From NCBI GenBank assembly GCA_963668625.2, contig CAXXKA010000010.1, forward strand, positions 256,001 through 320,000: 64,000 nt of DNA, given 5' to 3'. The position numbers and the translations under genes are program-made. This document shows, piece after piece, positions 25,062 through 34,916 of this stretch. How positions within the stretch are numbered: position 1 is the first letter of the stretch; the number at the start of each line of letters is the position of its first letter. Below the pieces are notes generated by a model. That model saw nothing but the letters and a program-made list of their open reading frames with translations. It had not been told where the DNA came from and did not search any database. The DNA comes from an uncultured candidate division Zixibacteria bacterium (GTDB lineage: Bacteria; Zixibacteria; MSB-5A5; UBA10806; 4484-95).

Positions 25062-26183
25062 TCAGGCAATCGTTTTACGGTATTCCGAGGGGGTCATTTT
25101 CATGTATTTCTTGAACGAGGTATTGAAAACGGATTTTGAGTTGAATCCGGCCTCGTAGGCGATTGCCAGGATGGAATAACTTTCGTAGTGTTTATCGGAA
25201 AGCATTCGTTTGACATCCTCGATCCGATAGCGGTTGATGAAATCGAAAAAGTTCTGGTTCAGCTTCTCGTTTATTATCTGCGAAATATGGTAGCTTGGGA
25301 TTTTGACTTTCGAGGAAAGATCTTTTATCGTCAGGTTGCTTTCCCGATATGGCTTTTCGGATTCCATGAATTCGAGCAGTTTCTCCTGGTATGACTGTGC
25401 TTTATCATCCGTGAGTGAGGATTTCTCGTACCGTTTGCCGCCTTCCTGTTCATCCTTGCCTATGAAAATCTCCGGCTGATGGATAGTTTTATATGTATCG
25501 TAAAACAGCACCGTGGCTACCAAAATCGGGATGATCAACTGCAAATAAATCCCCCACACGGACTGGCCGCCGCCGAAACTTATTAATATAAGCGTCATCA
25601 TGATGGCGAAAATCAGGGCCATACCGTAGATAGAGTGCCGAAGCCACCTGAGATTAATTTTATCCAGTGAGGAGTAAGAGTTTTTGACTTTTTCCTCATA
25701 GTTATTTAAGACTTTCTGAGAGAGGAGTAAATATATAAAGACATGCGCTACTATAAATATCGAAACGATAAGTTCTATAATCATCTCATCATCGCTGTCG
25801 GTCCTGATAATTTCCAGTTTGCTTTCGGCTGGCAATAGATATATTGGCGAGAGGGGTATTATATAGATGATAAAAGGCAGAAAATGTAACGTGAATTTCA
25901 AGCCGGGTTTGTAATCACCGTAGGTTATATAGCGAGTGTATAGCATCATTAGCGGCCCGAATAGCAAAACCAGCGGGTGTCCTGTCATATATAAATGGGG
26001 AGCGTAAGTTATATACCCGGAGGTAATAAGCACTACCGGGAGTATGCTGAATCCGAACAAGATAAGCAACAGCCCCCAGACACGATTGGCTTTCCTGTTG
26101 CCGCGAGTGAGTGTGATCATGAGTATTCCCATGAAAGTGCCCTGGGCTATCGCGAACAGTATTATTATTGTTAAGACATTCAT
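25062..26183 (-). CDS. Membrane-anchored AraC-family transcriptional regulator
   Basis: About 7 hydrophobic helices, then YEKSSL, KPY..S.LT, NFFDFINRYRIE and IAYEAGFNSKS.FN..FKK...TPSEY. Confidence 0.9.
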   Translation of the reverse strand: MNVLTIIILFAIAQGTFMGILMITLTRGNRKANRVWGLLLILFGFSILPVVLITSGYITYAPHLYMTGHPLVLLFGPLMMLYTRYITYGDYKPGLKFTLHFLPFIIYIIPLSPIYLLPAESKLEIIRTDSDDEMIIELIVSIFIVAHVFIYLLLSQKVLNNYEEKVKNSYSSLDKINLRWLRHSIYGMALIFAIMMTLILISFGGGQSVWGIYLQLIIPILVATVLFYDTYKTIHQPEIFIGKDEQEGGKRYEKSSLTDDKAQSYQEKLLEFMESEKPYRESNLTIKDLSSKVKIPSYHISQIINEKLNQNFFDFINRYRIEDVKRMLSDKHYESYSILAIAYEAGFNSKSVFNTSFKKYMKMTPSEYRKTIA

Positions 26184-26346
26184 CCGTAATATTATATACG
26201 GCTTGAACGCTATTCTTGAAAGAAATAATTTACTGTTTTTCGTTAGTTAATATGTGAAATTCGGCGTGAAGTAATATTACGGTTATTACCGGCACTATAA
26301 CATACTTTATGAAAAACTTGAGATTTAATCCTAAACGACAAATGCT

Positions 26347-26592
26347 TTACATCATCATATCAACAGAACCTGTCTGAGATTGTTTTTTGTCCATCATGTT
26401 GGGTTTGGAGGGGGCGTAGGCCATTCCCTTCTCTTTGTCTGCTTGCATCGTCTTTTTATCTTTCTCTTTTTGCTGCTCGATTATGTTTTGCTTATCTTTT
26501 TCTTGTTGCATCTGAGTGACAGGCTTGTTTGTCGTTCTGGATGACATCATATCTTCTCTGCCAATCATTCCGCTATATGAACCTACTCTCAT
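26347..26592 (-). CDS. Small low-complexity hypothetical protein
   Basis: GGGGG RBS 6 nt upstream of ATG. Q/K/E/M-rich, 81 aa. Confidence 0.5.
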   Translation of the reverse strand: MRVGSYSGMIGREDMMSSRTTNKPVTQMQQEKDKQNIIEQQKEKDKKTMQADKEKGMAYAPSKPNMMDKKQSQTGSVDMMM

Positions 26593-26724
26593 CTTATTTC
26601 CCCCGTGTTCGGTTTTATTGGTTTGGTCATGTAAACGATCCGATATAATGAATGGTTTTCGATTTTCTAAGAATGTTCAATGATTATACAGTATTGCAAA
26701 CGGAGAAAATTAGATCTTCAATTA

Positions 26725-27084
26725 TTACTTATCCAACCATATGGAGTCGCCGGATTCGTGGTTGGTTTTAAAAACGAACACTTTCCAGGCTTTATCGGAA
26801 TCGTTTTTGACACTGTGTATATCGTCAGGTTCGGTCAGGATAATATCGCCCGGAGCGGTATGAACGATTTCGCCCTTAATAATCATTAACGCATTGCCCT
26901 CGACAACATAGATTACCTCGAATGCGCCGGCGTGATAATGCGGCTTAACCTCACTGCCCGGCTCGACGACTACGATCTGGGCCAATGTGCCGGGTTGATG
27001 TAAATCATCTTCGTCGAAAAATATCTTTTTCTTATAGCCGTCGGCGATCGTCCATTCGGTATTTTCATTTTTAATAATTTTCAT
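26725..27084 (-). CDS. Cupin domain protein
   Basis: PG..VKPHYH....EVIYVVEG...PGD.I...P..IHSV.N cupin motifs. Confidence 0.85.
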   Translation of the reverse strand: MKIIKNENTEWTIADGYKKKIFFDEDDLHQPGTLAQIVVVEPGSEVKPHYHAGAFEVIYVVEGNALMIIKGEIVHTAPGDIILTEPDDIHSVKNDSDKAWKVFVFKTNHESGDSIWLDK

Positions 27085-27210
27085 GATATGAATGTAAACT
27101 AGTTTAACGAGATTCGAGTTTCATCATCACCTTTTCGTTATTGATATGGCGGCGATTAAAGTAAAAATTGTATTTTCTTAATATTATAGCCCTCTATTGT
27201 TATTAATTCC

Positions 27211-27240
27211 TTGACACTGTACGTTTTGTTTTCTTATAAT
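27211..27240 (+). promoter_or_regulatory. Consensus sigma70 promoter
   Basis: TTGACA (27211-27216), 18-nt spacer, TATAAT (27235-27240). Confidence 0.65.
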
Positions 27241-27383
27241 CAGGTTAATTCGACATTTTTTTTAGCTATCAGATTAACACTAATAATTGCAAGCATAATA
27301 GTTAAATATTACTTGTTATTTCCAGTATTGATATATTGGAAGATTCTCTATTTATCACAACATTAACCAATAGGAGGCAAAAC

Positions 27384-27641
27384 ATGGCTTGTAGTGCGGT
27401 AACTTATCACGGCGTAAACCAGAAAGTGTTCGATTGTCTTAAATCGGCGCTGGAAAAGGCCGGCATCAAAGTGCCGGATAGTCATAGCGGGACGATATCG
27501 GGACACGGCATCAAAGCTGATTTCAAATGGGATGGCAACGATAGCCTTTGGATTAAGGTGACCGATAAACCGTTTATCATTACCTGTAGCTATGTTGTCG
27601 GAAAAATACATTCTGCGATACATGGCTGCGGCGGTCAGTAG
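27384..27641 (+). CDS. Small 4-Cys hypothetical protein (85 aa)
   Basis: AGGAGG RBS before ATG 27384. MACSAVTY...FDCLK...WDG...DKPFIITC...GCGGQ. Confidence 0.7.
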   Translation: MACSAVTYHGVNQKVFDCLKSALEKAGIKVPDSHSGTISGHGIKADFKWDGNDSLWIKVTDKPFIITCSYVVGKIHSAIHGCGGQ

Positions 27642-27767
27642 TCGATAGATTTGGGAAGGGATTCCTCTTGTCATATGCTGCGAACATCAAGAGCTGGATT
27701 TCCTTCCCTTATTAATATCTTTTCTCCCGATACTCATCATGGGAGTCAACAAACCGGAAATAATATC

Positions 27768-28889
27768 TTACCTGCAGACATCTTTGAATAATCTCAGAAA
27801 ATTGCCATATGCTATTTTATGAATATCATCCTTTTTATAACCATGTAAAATTAATTCCGCCGGTATATTTTGCACCATCGAGCAATCCTCGAGTCCCGTA
27901 GGCGTGGAGGATATACCATCGAAATCCGAACCGATCCCGACATGTTCGATACCGGCCAGTTTCGTCACGTAGTCAAGATGATCGGCTATTTGTTTAACGC
28001 CGGGTCTTAGATGCCGGTAACTTCGTTCGCCCTCTAGTATGAACTTGAAATCGCGTTTCAACGCCTCCTGATATTCGGACTCGCTTATTTCGGAGGTATA
28101 AAGCTTTAACAGCTCTTTTAATTTCTCGGCGGGTACCAGGCTCCAGAACTGCTCGTAAGCTTTATCGAATTCATCGGAGATGAAATTGTTAACGAATGTT
28201 ATGCCTATCAAACCGCCTGATTTTGCTATGCAAGTGATGAGCTCATCCGGTAAATTACGGCTGTGTCGGGCCAGTGCGCGGGCGTTCGAGTGCGAGGCGA
28301 TTACCGGCGCGGAGGATATCCCGAGCACATCGGCGGTGGTTTTATCGCCGCTATGTGATAAATCTATAATCATACCAAGCCTGTTCAACTCGGCGATAAT
28401 CTCCCGGCCGAGATCGTCAAGTCCCCTGGTTTTGGAGTCGACCTCCTTGTGGCAGGTACACCAATCCAACGGTAACTCGTGCGCGATGGTGAAAATACGT
28501 ACGCCTTCATCATAGAAACGCTCGAGTTTGTAGGGATCATTCGTCAGCGCCTGTCCACCTTCTATTGCCAGTATGGCTGCGATTTTACCGGATGAGCCGA
28601 CGCGCTCGATATCATCCGAGCAGGTGCATAACTCGATCGATTCGGAAAGCCTGCAGAATTCGCGTTTTAGTAATTCGATCTGCTTACTCACATTATCGAA
28701 ATGATCTCCCGGTTTTTCGGCGTAGACCGAAGTCGTGGCGAATACCTGAAGTTTCACGCCGCCCTCGATCAGTCGGGGAATATCTATATGATTCCTGTCG
28801 TGGCGTTTACCGATATCATAACCACGTTGCATCGGTAATACGGTGTCACAGTGAAAGTCAGCTATGGGGAATTTATCTTTTTTATTCAT
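27768..28889 (-). CDS. Membrane dipeptidase (peptidase family M19)
   Basis: DFHCDT, AIEGG, IDLSH, IASHSN, RNLPD and GIGSDFDG motifs. Confidence 0.92.
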   Translation of the reverse strand: MNKKDKFPIADFHCDTVLPMQRGYDIGKRHDRNHIDIPRLIEGGVKLQVFATTSVYAEKPGDHFDNVSKQIELLKREFCRLSESIELCTCSDDIERVGSSGKIAAILAIEGGQALTNDPYKLERFYDEGVRIFTIAHELPLDWCTCHKEVDSKTRGLDDLGREIIAELNRLGMIIDLSHSGDKTTADVLGISSAPVIASHSNARALARHSRNLPDELITCIAKSGGLIGITFVNNFISDEFDKAYEQFWSLVPAEKLKELLKLYTSEISESEYQEALKRDFKFILEGERSYRHLRPGVKQIADHLDYVTKLAGIEHVGIGSDFDGISSTPTGLEDCSMVQNIPAELILHGYKKDDIHKIAYGNFLRLFKDVCR

Positions 28890-28999
28890 TCATGATTTCC
28901 AGTCGGTGATTCGTTATTTTACCGGAAAAAGTAGAGATACCTCTAGCGACTCTACTTCTTTAATCGGTTGTATTTATTTGTTTACGACTTACGAGTGCT

Positions 29000-31579
29000 T
29001 TATTTTACCAGTGTCATCTTCCTGGAACTCTGACCATCCGCCGTCCTCATGCTCAGGAAATACGTTCCGCTGGCGAGTGGGGAAGCGTCATAGGTTAGCT
29101 TATGTTCACCTGCTGAAACTTCGCGATCGACCAGCGTGGCGGCTAATCGTCCTGTTATATCATAAACCGAGAGATTGACATGACCTGGTTTTAAGAGCTC
29201 GTACGAAATCGTAGTTGCGGCATTGAACGGATTGGGATAGTTCTGATTTAGTTTATAGGATACGGGACGCGACCGGTCGGGATCATCGATACCGACCGCG
29301 CCGAGATCGAACTCATACATCGAACGGCCGTGCGTCCCCGATATCAGCTTGAATGGATTGGAGCAGATATCGATATCGAACACCGGGCAGATCGGGTGAT
29401 CCGGGCTCATACCCTGCCAGGTAGTACCGTTGTTGTCGCTGTAGAACATGCCGAAATCGGTACCGATATATAACCATCCCCTACGTTGCGGGTCGGGCAG
29501 TATATCGTTAACCGGCACGCCCTCGAGGTTACCCGAGATATCGCTCCAGGTGGCTCCCAGGGTTTCGGTTTTGAAAATGTGCGGCATTAAATCATCAACT
29601 TTATAGCCTGTGAAAGTGACATAACATACGGTCTCATCGTAAACATCCGCACTGACACGACTGCACCAGCGATCCGGTAGATCATCCGAAACCATCTCCC
29701 ACGAACCGCCGCCGTCCTCCGTAACCCACACCCGCGAATCATCCGTGCCCGCCCAGATAATATCCGGGTTGAGAGGGGACTGGCTGATAGTAGTGATCGT
29801 ACCGAAAAGCAAACTGCCATCACCTGGCCCGCCTGTCAAATCGGGACTGATCGCGTTGAATGACAGGCCGGCGTTGGTTGTTTTGTACACTCGCTGAGCG
29901 CCATAGAATAGTATGTCGTTATCGAAATGACTCATTACTACCGGAGTACACCAGTTGGACCTCTCGCCATGAATGTTCGAGTTAAATATCAGGTCCCAGT
30001 TATTTCCCAGATCTGTTGATTTCCCCAGGTAGCCGTATTGTGCCTCGGCGTAGATAGTATTCGAGTTGGTGAAATCGACATTGACATAGAAACCATCCCC
30101 GTAGAATAACGTCTCCCAATCATCCACGCCCCCCGTGATAGTACCCGGTGTGCTGTTATCCTGAGTGCCGCCATATATACGATACGGCGTATTTTTATCG
30201 ATGGTGATAGCGTAGAACTGGGTGATAGGCAGATCGTAGCATTTGGTCCAGCTATTGCCTCCGTTTTCCGTGATAAACACGCCGCCGTCATTGCCGTTTA
30301 TCATGTACTCCGGGTTGGTCGGGTCGATATAAAGCGCGTGATGGTCTACGTGCGTAATTCCCGAGATATCGTACCAGTAAGAACCGCCGTTATAAGAACG
30401 CCATAAGCTGACATCCCCGAAACACACGATATCCTGATCTACGGGGTGCGCCCATATTTGCCCGAAATACCACCCAAACGAGGAAAACGAGCCGACATTG
30501 GGATTGACCAGCATATCGCTCCAGTTATCACCGCCGTTATCAGTGCGGTAGAAATCGATAAGATCGCCGGGATGATTTACCACGCTGGCGTACAACCGTG
30601 ACGGGTTGCTCGGGCAGATAGCCAGCCCGATACGGCCGATATCCTCACCAGATGGCAATCCGGTTGTCAGGCGATCCCAGTTATCTCCGCCATCGATAGA
30701 CCGATAGATACCGCTATGCGTGCCTCCCACGCGACGGTCTTCCGGTCCACGTATGCGTTGCCACATTGAGGCATATACTATATCGGTGTTGCTCGGATTA
30801 ATCACGATATCGATACAGCCGGTAGAATCGTTGGTGAAAAGCACCTGCTCCCAGTTCGTGCCGCCATTGGTGGAACGATACACGCCGCGGTCGTTGCTGG
30901 TGGAAAACAGCGAACCCATCGAGGCCACGAACAGCTTCGTGTTATCGGAGGGATCGATAGCCACCCGGCCGATATGGCAGCTATTGGCAAAACCCAAAAA
31001 CTCCCAATCATCACCGCCGTTGGTAGTGCGATATAAACCGGTACCGGCGTACGAGTCACCCGAGGAATTCGCCTCGCCCGTGCCCAGATAGAGCACATCC
31101 GGATCATCAGGATCGACCGCCAGGTCACCGACCGAAAGCGAGGGGACATCATCGGAGATGAACTCCCAGCTCTGCCCACGGTCATCCGATTTCAGCACTC
31201 CGCCCAACGCCGCGCCGGCGTATATCAGGTCGGGGGAATCCGGATGAGCGGCGATAGCCGTAATCCGACCGCCCACGTTGTAAGGTCCCACCTGGCTGCA
31301 GGGAAAATCGACTAAACCGACGGAGGCGTGATGTACCGCCCGGGCTATATGGAGAGCTGCTTTGTACTCGGCTTTAGGGATGTCACGATAGGGGTATGCA
31401 CGCGAGATAGTGAACCACTCGGTTGGCTTTTTGGAGGTCAGGCCTTCGCGTTTTTCTATCTTATATTTAGTAAATTGCTCTTTGGTGGATGGGCTTCCAT
31501 CTATGCCAAGTTGATATATGGCAAAACCCGTGATTAACGCGACTACGATTCCCGCGATAATATATTTCCAGACAGACAT
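29000..31579 (-). CDS. BNR/Asp-box (VPS10/sortilin-like) beta-propeller protein with T9SS-type C-terminal sorting domain
   Basis: Many S/T.DGG..W Asp-boxes. GRITAIA, GTGEAN, HVDHHAL, GGTQDN and THGRS motifs. C-terminal QNYPNPFN...YDITGR...ASGTYF...KMTLVK. GGAGG RBS favours ATG 31579. Confidence 0.85.
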   Translation of the reverse strand: MSVWKYIIAGIVVALITGFAIYQLGIDGSPSTKEQFTKYKIEKREGLTSKKPTEWFTISRAYPYRDIPKAEYKAALHIARAVHHASVGLVDFPCSQVGPYNVGGRITAIAAHPDSPDLIYAGAALGGVLKSDDRGQSWEFISDDVPSLSVGDLAVDPDDPDVLYLGTGEANSSGDSYAGTGLYRTTNGGDDWEFLGFANSCHIGRVAIDPSDNTKLFVASMGSLFSTSNDRGVYRSTNGGTNWEQVLFTNDSTGCIDIVINPSNTDIVYASMWQRIRGPEDRRVGGTHSGIYRSIDGGDNWDRLTTGLPSGEDIGRIGLAICPSNPSRLYASVVNHPGDLIDFYRTDNGGDNWSDMLVNPNVGSFSSFGWYFGQIWAHPVDQDIVCFGDVSLWRSYNGGSYWYDISGITHVDHHALYIDPTNPEYMINGNDGGVFITENGGNSWTKCYDLPITQFYAITIDKNTPYRIYGGTQDNSTPGTITGGVDDWETLFYGDGFYVNVDFTNSNTIYAEAQYGYLGKSTDLGNNWDLIFNSNIHGERSNWCTPVVMSHFDNDILFYGAQRVYKTTNAGLSFNAISPDLTGGPGDGSLLFGTITTISQSPLNPDIIWAGTDDSRVWVTEDGGGSWEMVSDDLPDRWCSRVSADVYDETVCYVTFTGYKVDDLMPHIFKTETLGATWSDISGNLEGVPVNDILPDPQRRGWLYIGTDFGMFYSDNNGTTWQGMSPDHPICPVFDIDICSNPFKLISGTHGRSMYEFDLGAVGIDDPDRSRPVSYKLNQNYPNPFNAATTISYELLKPGHVNLSVYDITGRLAATLVDREVSAGEHKLTYDASPLASGTYFLSMRTADGQSSRKMTLVK

Positions 31580-32033
31580 GATTAGCCTCCAGTTTTTGAT
31601 ATTAGTAGTTTGTATCAATATACGAAAAATTAACAGGATGGGGAAATACTAATTTGGAAGAGATCCAAAGAAGCAGGGGATTTCAGTACAAAAAGTATTA
31701 TCTATCGTAAGGTGATAAGCTAAACCCGACCCGCCGGCGACCTGTCCAGCATGATGTTTGCTCTGTTCTCGAATCAACCCCTTATTTACCATCTACAGAA
31801 AAAACGCCGGTACGATCTAACGGATATCGAGTATGATATATTTGCGGAAAAATTATCATTAAGTTGTATTTTGACTAAACGGCTAAAATATTTTCGTGAA
31901 ATGTCAGGTTAAACCAGAACCTACCGACAGGTTTGACTGGAGTCGCAATACCTCGGAATTGAGGTTTATCGATATCCTGCCACGATATCCCGGTGAAAGA
32001 GTGAATCTAATTACATCTTACTTATCTTTTGCC

Positions 32034-32237
32034 TTATCTTTTTTTCAAATTCATCAGGGTTGCCGCCGGTCCCCAGATTAAAATTAGATGAATACCGGCG
32101 CCGGCGCCAAGTACCGTTGAGATCAAATCGTAACAATCAGTACCTTTTAGTTTAAGCGAGCAACCGAGTATAGTAGCCCCCCAGATAATGGCGCTACCGA
32201 TTATAAGCGCCCCAAGTGACCATGCGTTCTTTTTCAT
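32034..32237 (-). CDS. Small two-TM membrane protein
   Basis: AAGGAG RBS. 67 aa with two hydrophobic helices. Confidence 0.65.
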   Translation of the reverse strand: MKKNAWSLGALIIGSAIIWGATILGCSLKLKGTDCYDLISTVLGAGAGIHLILIWGPAATLMNLKKR

Positions 32238-32330
32238 TCCAGCTCCTTTGCAGAGTGTATAAATTAACCAAACATTACGGATGATTAATTATTATAGCAT
32301 TAAAAATTATCAAATGAGGTAGGATTTATT

Positions 32331-32427
32331 CTATGTGATTGGTTTATGGCTGACCGCCTCATCCCGCCAGAGCTTGCACTCGGAGTCCTCGCGGTTGGAA
32401 CATCGGGCCGGCTAAATAGATTTTCAT
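32331..32427 (-). pseudogene. Truncated, frameshifted nucleoside 2-deoxyribosyltransferase-like fragment
   Basis: MKIYLAGPMF, then after one extra base NREDSECKLWRDEAVSHKPIT*. The K.YLAGP N-terminus is typical of that family. Confidence 0.45.
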
Positions 32428-32632
32428 AAAGCCATCACCCCCTGTTTGTAATATTTCTTACTCGATGAAATAATAAGTCTTACATTACCATTCAAGCAAG
32501 TGAAAGAATGTAATTCACATGATAAACTTATCTGTCAACAAATGTAACCGGGAGATTATCTAAAATATTTTCATCTGTTTTAATAAAATGACGTATAATA
32601 TATTTAATTTATGAATTGCGAAAGGGGTTCTA

Positions 32633-33262
32633 ATGAGCATAAACGAGTTCTTCTCCAGGCAGGCAAGAAAGCCATCGGGGCTGTTCGGTAGAATCGTCAT
32701 GAAACAGCTTTTCGATCTCGGTCACAAAACCATTAATGAAATGGTGAAAGAGCAACTGGGATTAAATCAGGATGATCGTGTTTTGGAAATCGGTTACGGT
32801 ACGGGGAAACTGCTTAAAGACATAGCTGAGAAAATTGAAAGCGGCTTAATTGAGGGAATTGATTTTTCCGAGGCGATGTTCTCGGTGGACGCGGAGGGCG
32901 ACTGAGTAAGCAAATCAACGATGGCAGGGTTATATTGCGATGCGGCGATTTCATGGATGTCTCTTATGAGGACGGCTATTTCGATACGAGTCTACTCATT
33001 GAACACGATTTATTTCTGGCCTGACCCCAATGAGTGCCTGGGTAAAATCTATCGCATACTAAAACCCGGCGGCAGCATGGTTTTAGCTTTCGGTGATAAA
33101 GATGAGTTGGAGCAAAGGTCGTTCAGCCCGGAGATATTTCGCTTTTACTCCGTTGATGAGGTGAAAGAGATGCTGATTCGAATTGGCTTTAATGATGATA
33201 TCAGCAGGTCATCTCGCGGGAGTAAAGCGCACAAATGTCATTGTGTTAAGGCGGTGAAATAA
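32633..33262 (+). pseudogene. Class I SAM-dependent methyltransferase, disrupted by compensating frameshifts
   Basis: VLEIGYGTG and GIDFSEAM in ORF1. LSKQINDGRVILRCGDFMDVSYEDGYFD lies in a shifted frame (32902-32988). VYSLNTIYFWPD...RILKPGG returns to the original frame. Confidence 0.8.
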
Positions 33263-33310
33263 GCCGTGTTAAAAATAAACTCCTGCCGGTACCTATAGAT
33301 AGAGATAAAT

Positions 33311-33769
33311 ATGAAAACACCATCAAAATCCAGCAAGGTAACCCTGCGCGAGATAAACGCCGAGACAGTGCGTACGATTTGTAATCTCTCGGTAGCCGAT
33401 AACCAGAAACACTTCGTGGCCCCGAACGCGATCTCGATTGCCGAGGCATATTTTTCCGAGGTTGCCTGGTTCCGGGCTGTCTATGCCGGTGATGACCCGG
33501 TTGGTTTCGTCATGCTCTATGATGATCCGGTAAAGCCCGAGTACTACCTCTGGCGGTTCATGATCGACCAGCGCTACCAGGGGATGGGGTTCGGTTATCA
33601 GGCGATGACATTACTGATCGAGCACGTTAGAACCCGCCCCAACGCCACCGAGCTGTTAACCAGCGTAGTAGAGGGCGAGGGCAGCCCGCAGGGATTTTAC
33701 GAGAAGCTGGGCTTTAAGCTAACCGGCGAGTACGAGGATGACGAGGCGGTAATGCGTCTGGAGCTATGA
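33311..33769 (+). CDS. GNAT N-acetyltransferase (spermidine/diamine acetyltransferase-like)
   Basis: L.V...Q..FVAPNA.SIAEA, WRFMID.RYQG.G.G and FYEKLGF motifs. Confidence 0.9.
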   Translation: MKTPSKSSKVTLREINAETVRTICNLSVADNQKHFVAPNAISIAEAYFSEVAWFRAVYAGDDPVGFVMLYDDPVKPEYYLWRFMIDQRYQGMGFGYQAMTLLIEHVRTRPNATELLTSVVEGEGSPQGFYEKLGFKLTGEYEDDEAVMRLEL

Positions 33770-33782
33770 TAGTCATCAACCC

Positions 33783-34485
33783 GTAGGGCGTCGAGCTAAG
33801 CTCGACCCGCCGGCAGTTGAGTAGGTTGAAACCCCTGCGGTTTCGACGCGTGTTGGAAGGAAAAGTCAAAACCACAGGGAGGGTTTTGACCTACTGGGCT
33901 GGTTGGGCGCGCTACCCGGGCTGGTCTTAGACACAGCCCCTACGATTATATTGTCACATGCATCAGGATGGAAGCTATGCGACATCCTGATGCTGGTTGT
34001 AGCGCGTTGCCCTCAGGATGTCGTTCCTTCCATCCTGAGGGATATGATTATCGAGTAGGTTGAAACCCCTGTGGTTTCGACGCGTGTTGGTAGCTGAAAG
34101 TCAAAACCGCAAGGAGGGTTTTGAGCTACTCGGTGCCTTCGAAAAACATCTTGGTAATTTTGACAGATTGCTTCGTCCCTCCGGTCCTCGCAATGACAGC
34201 CCTTGGAGGCATTGTTATCCGTAGGGTGTCGAGCTAAGCTCGACCCGCCGGCAGCAACTCGGTGCGCTACCCGGGCTGGTCTTAGACACAGCCCCTACGA
34301 TTATATTGTCACATGCATCAGGATGGAAAGCGAAGCGACATCCTGATGCTGTCTGTAGCGCGTTGCCCTCAGGATGTCGTTCCTTCCATCCTGAGGGATA
34401 TGATTATCGAGTAGGTTGAAACCCCTGTGGTTTCGACGTGTGTTGGTAGCTGAAAGTCAAAACCGCAAGGAGGGTTTTGACCTAC
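33783..34485. repeat. Mosaic cluster of REP-like palindromes (GTAG-type and others) containing a ~221-bp direct duplication
   Basis: GTAGGTTGAAACC..GGTTTCGAC paired with inverted GTCAAAACC..GGTTTTGA(C/G)CTAC (3 doublets). GTAGGG(C/T)GTCGAGCTAAGCTCGACCC paired with GGGCTGGTCTTAGACACAGCCCCTAC. CATCAGGATG..CATCCTGATG paired with CCTCAGGATG..CATCCTGAGG. GATTGCTTCG..CCTCGCAATGAC. 33909-34129 is nearly identical to 34264-34485. Confidence 0.85.
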
Positions 34486-34519
34486 AGGGCTGAGGGATGT
34501 GATATTTTCATCTTTTACT

Positions 34520-34894
34520 TTATTTAAGTACCATTTTGACAAAATCTGTAAATGACTTTGCTATAGGTGTTGAATAGCTGGCGTCGTATACTGCACCACT
34601 ATCAGGGCGAATAAAAACCGTACCATCAATATCGTTGGAAAATACTTCAAGAAATCCATAACGAAAATGTTCTTTGTATTTGTTATTATTGTATATATCT
34701 ATCATTTTATCATCCGGATGTATACCATAAATCGGATCATGATAAAGCTCAGCGTAATTCAATTCACACAAGTATTCTTTGAAATCATCGGGAATGGTTA
34801 TACTTAATTTCAGTTCTAAATCCCGAACGCGTTTATTGTGAACACCTTCACCTAATGCTTCTGAATGATCTTTTAACATTTCAACTAAGCCCAT
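34520..34894 (-). CDS. SMI1/KNR4-family protein (putative immunity protein)
   Basis: GV....V..LE.KL.ITIP.DFKEYL..LN, IYGI and IAKSFTDF pattern. AT-rich. Confidence 0.75.
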   Translation of the reverse strand: MGLVEMLKDHSEALGEGVHNKRVRDLELKLSITIPDDFKEYLCELNYAELYHDPIYGIHPDDKMIDIYNNNKYKEHFRYGFLEVFSNDIDGTVFIRPDSGAVYDASYSTPIAKSFTDFVKMVLK

Positions 34895-34916
34895 ATAAAC
34901 TCATTTGAATTGTATG

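Noticed and set aside
32903-32905. Selenocysteine or stop-codon readthrough in the methyltransferase
   Set aside because: The conserved sequence after the TGA is in another frame; indels explain it.
33783-34485. CRISPR array
   Set aside because: Repeats belong to several families, occur as inverted doublets, and the intervening sequences are duplicated rather than unique. No cas genes.
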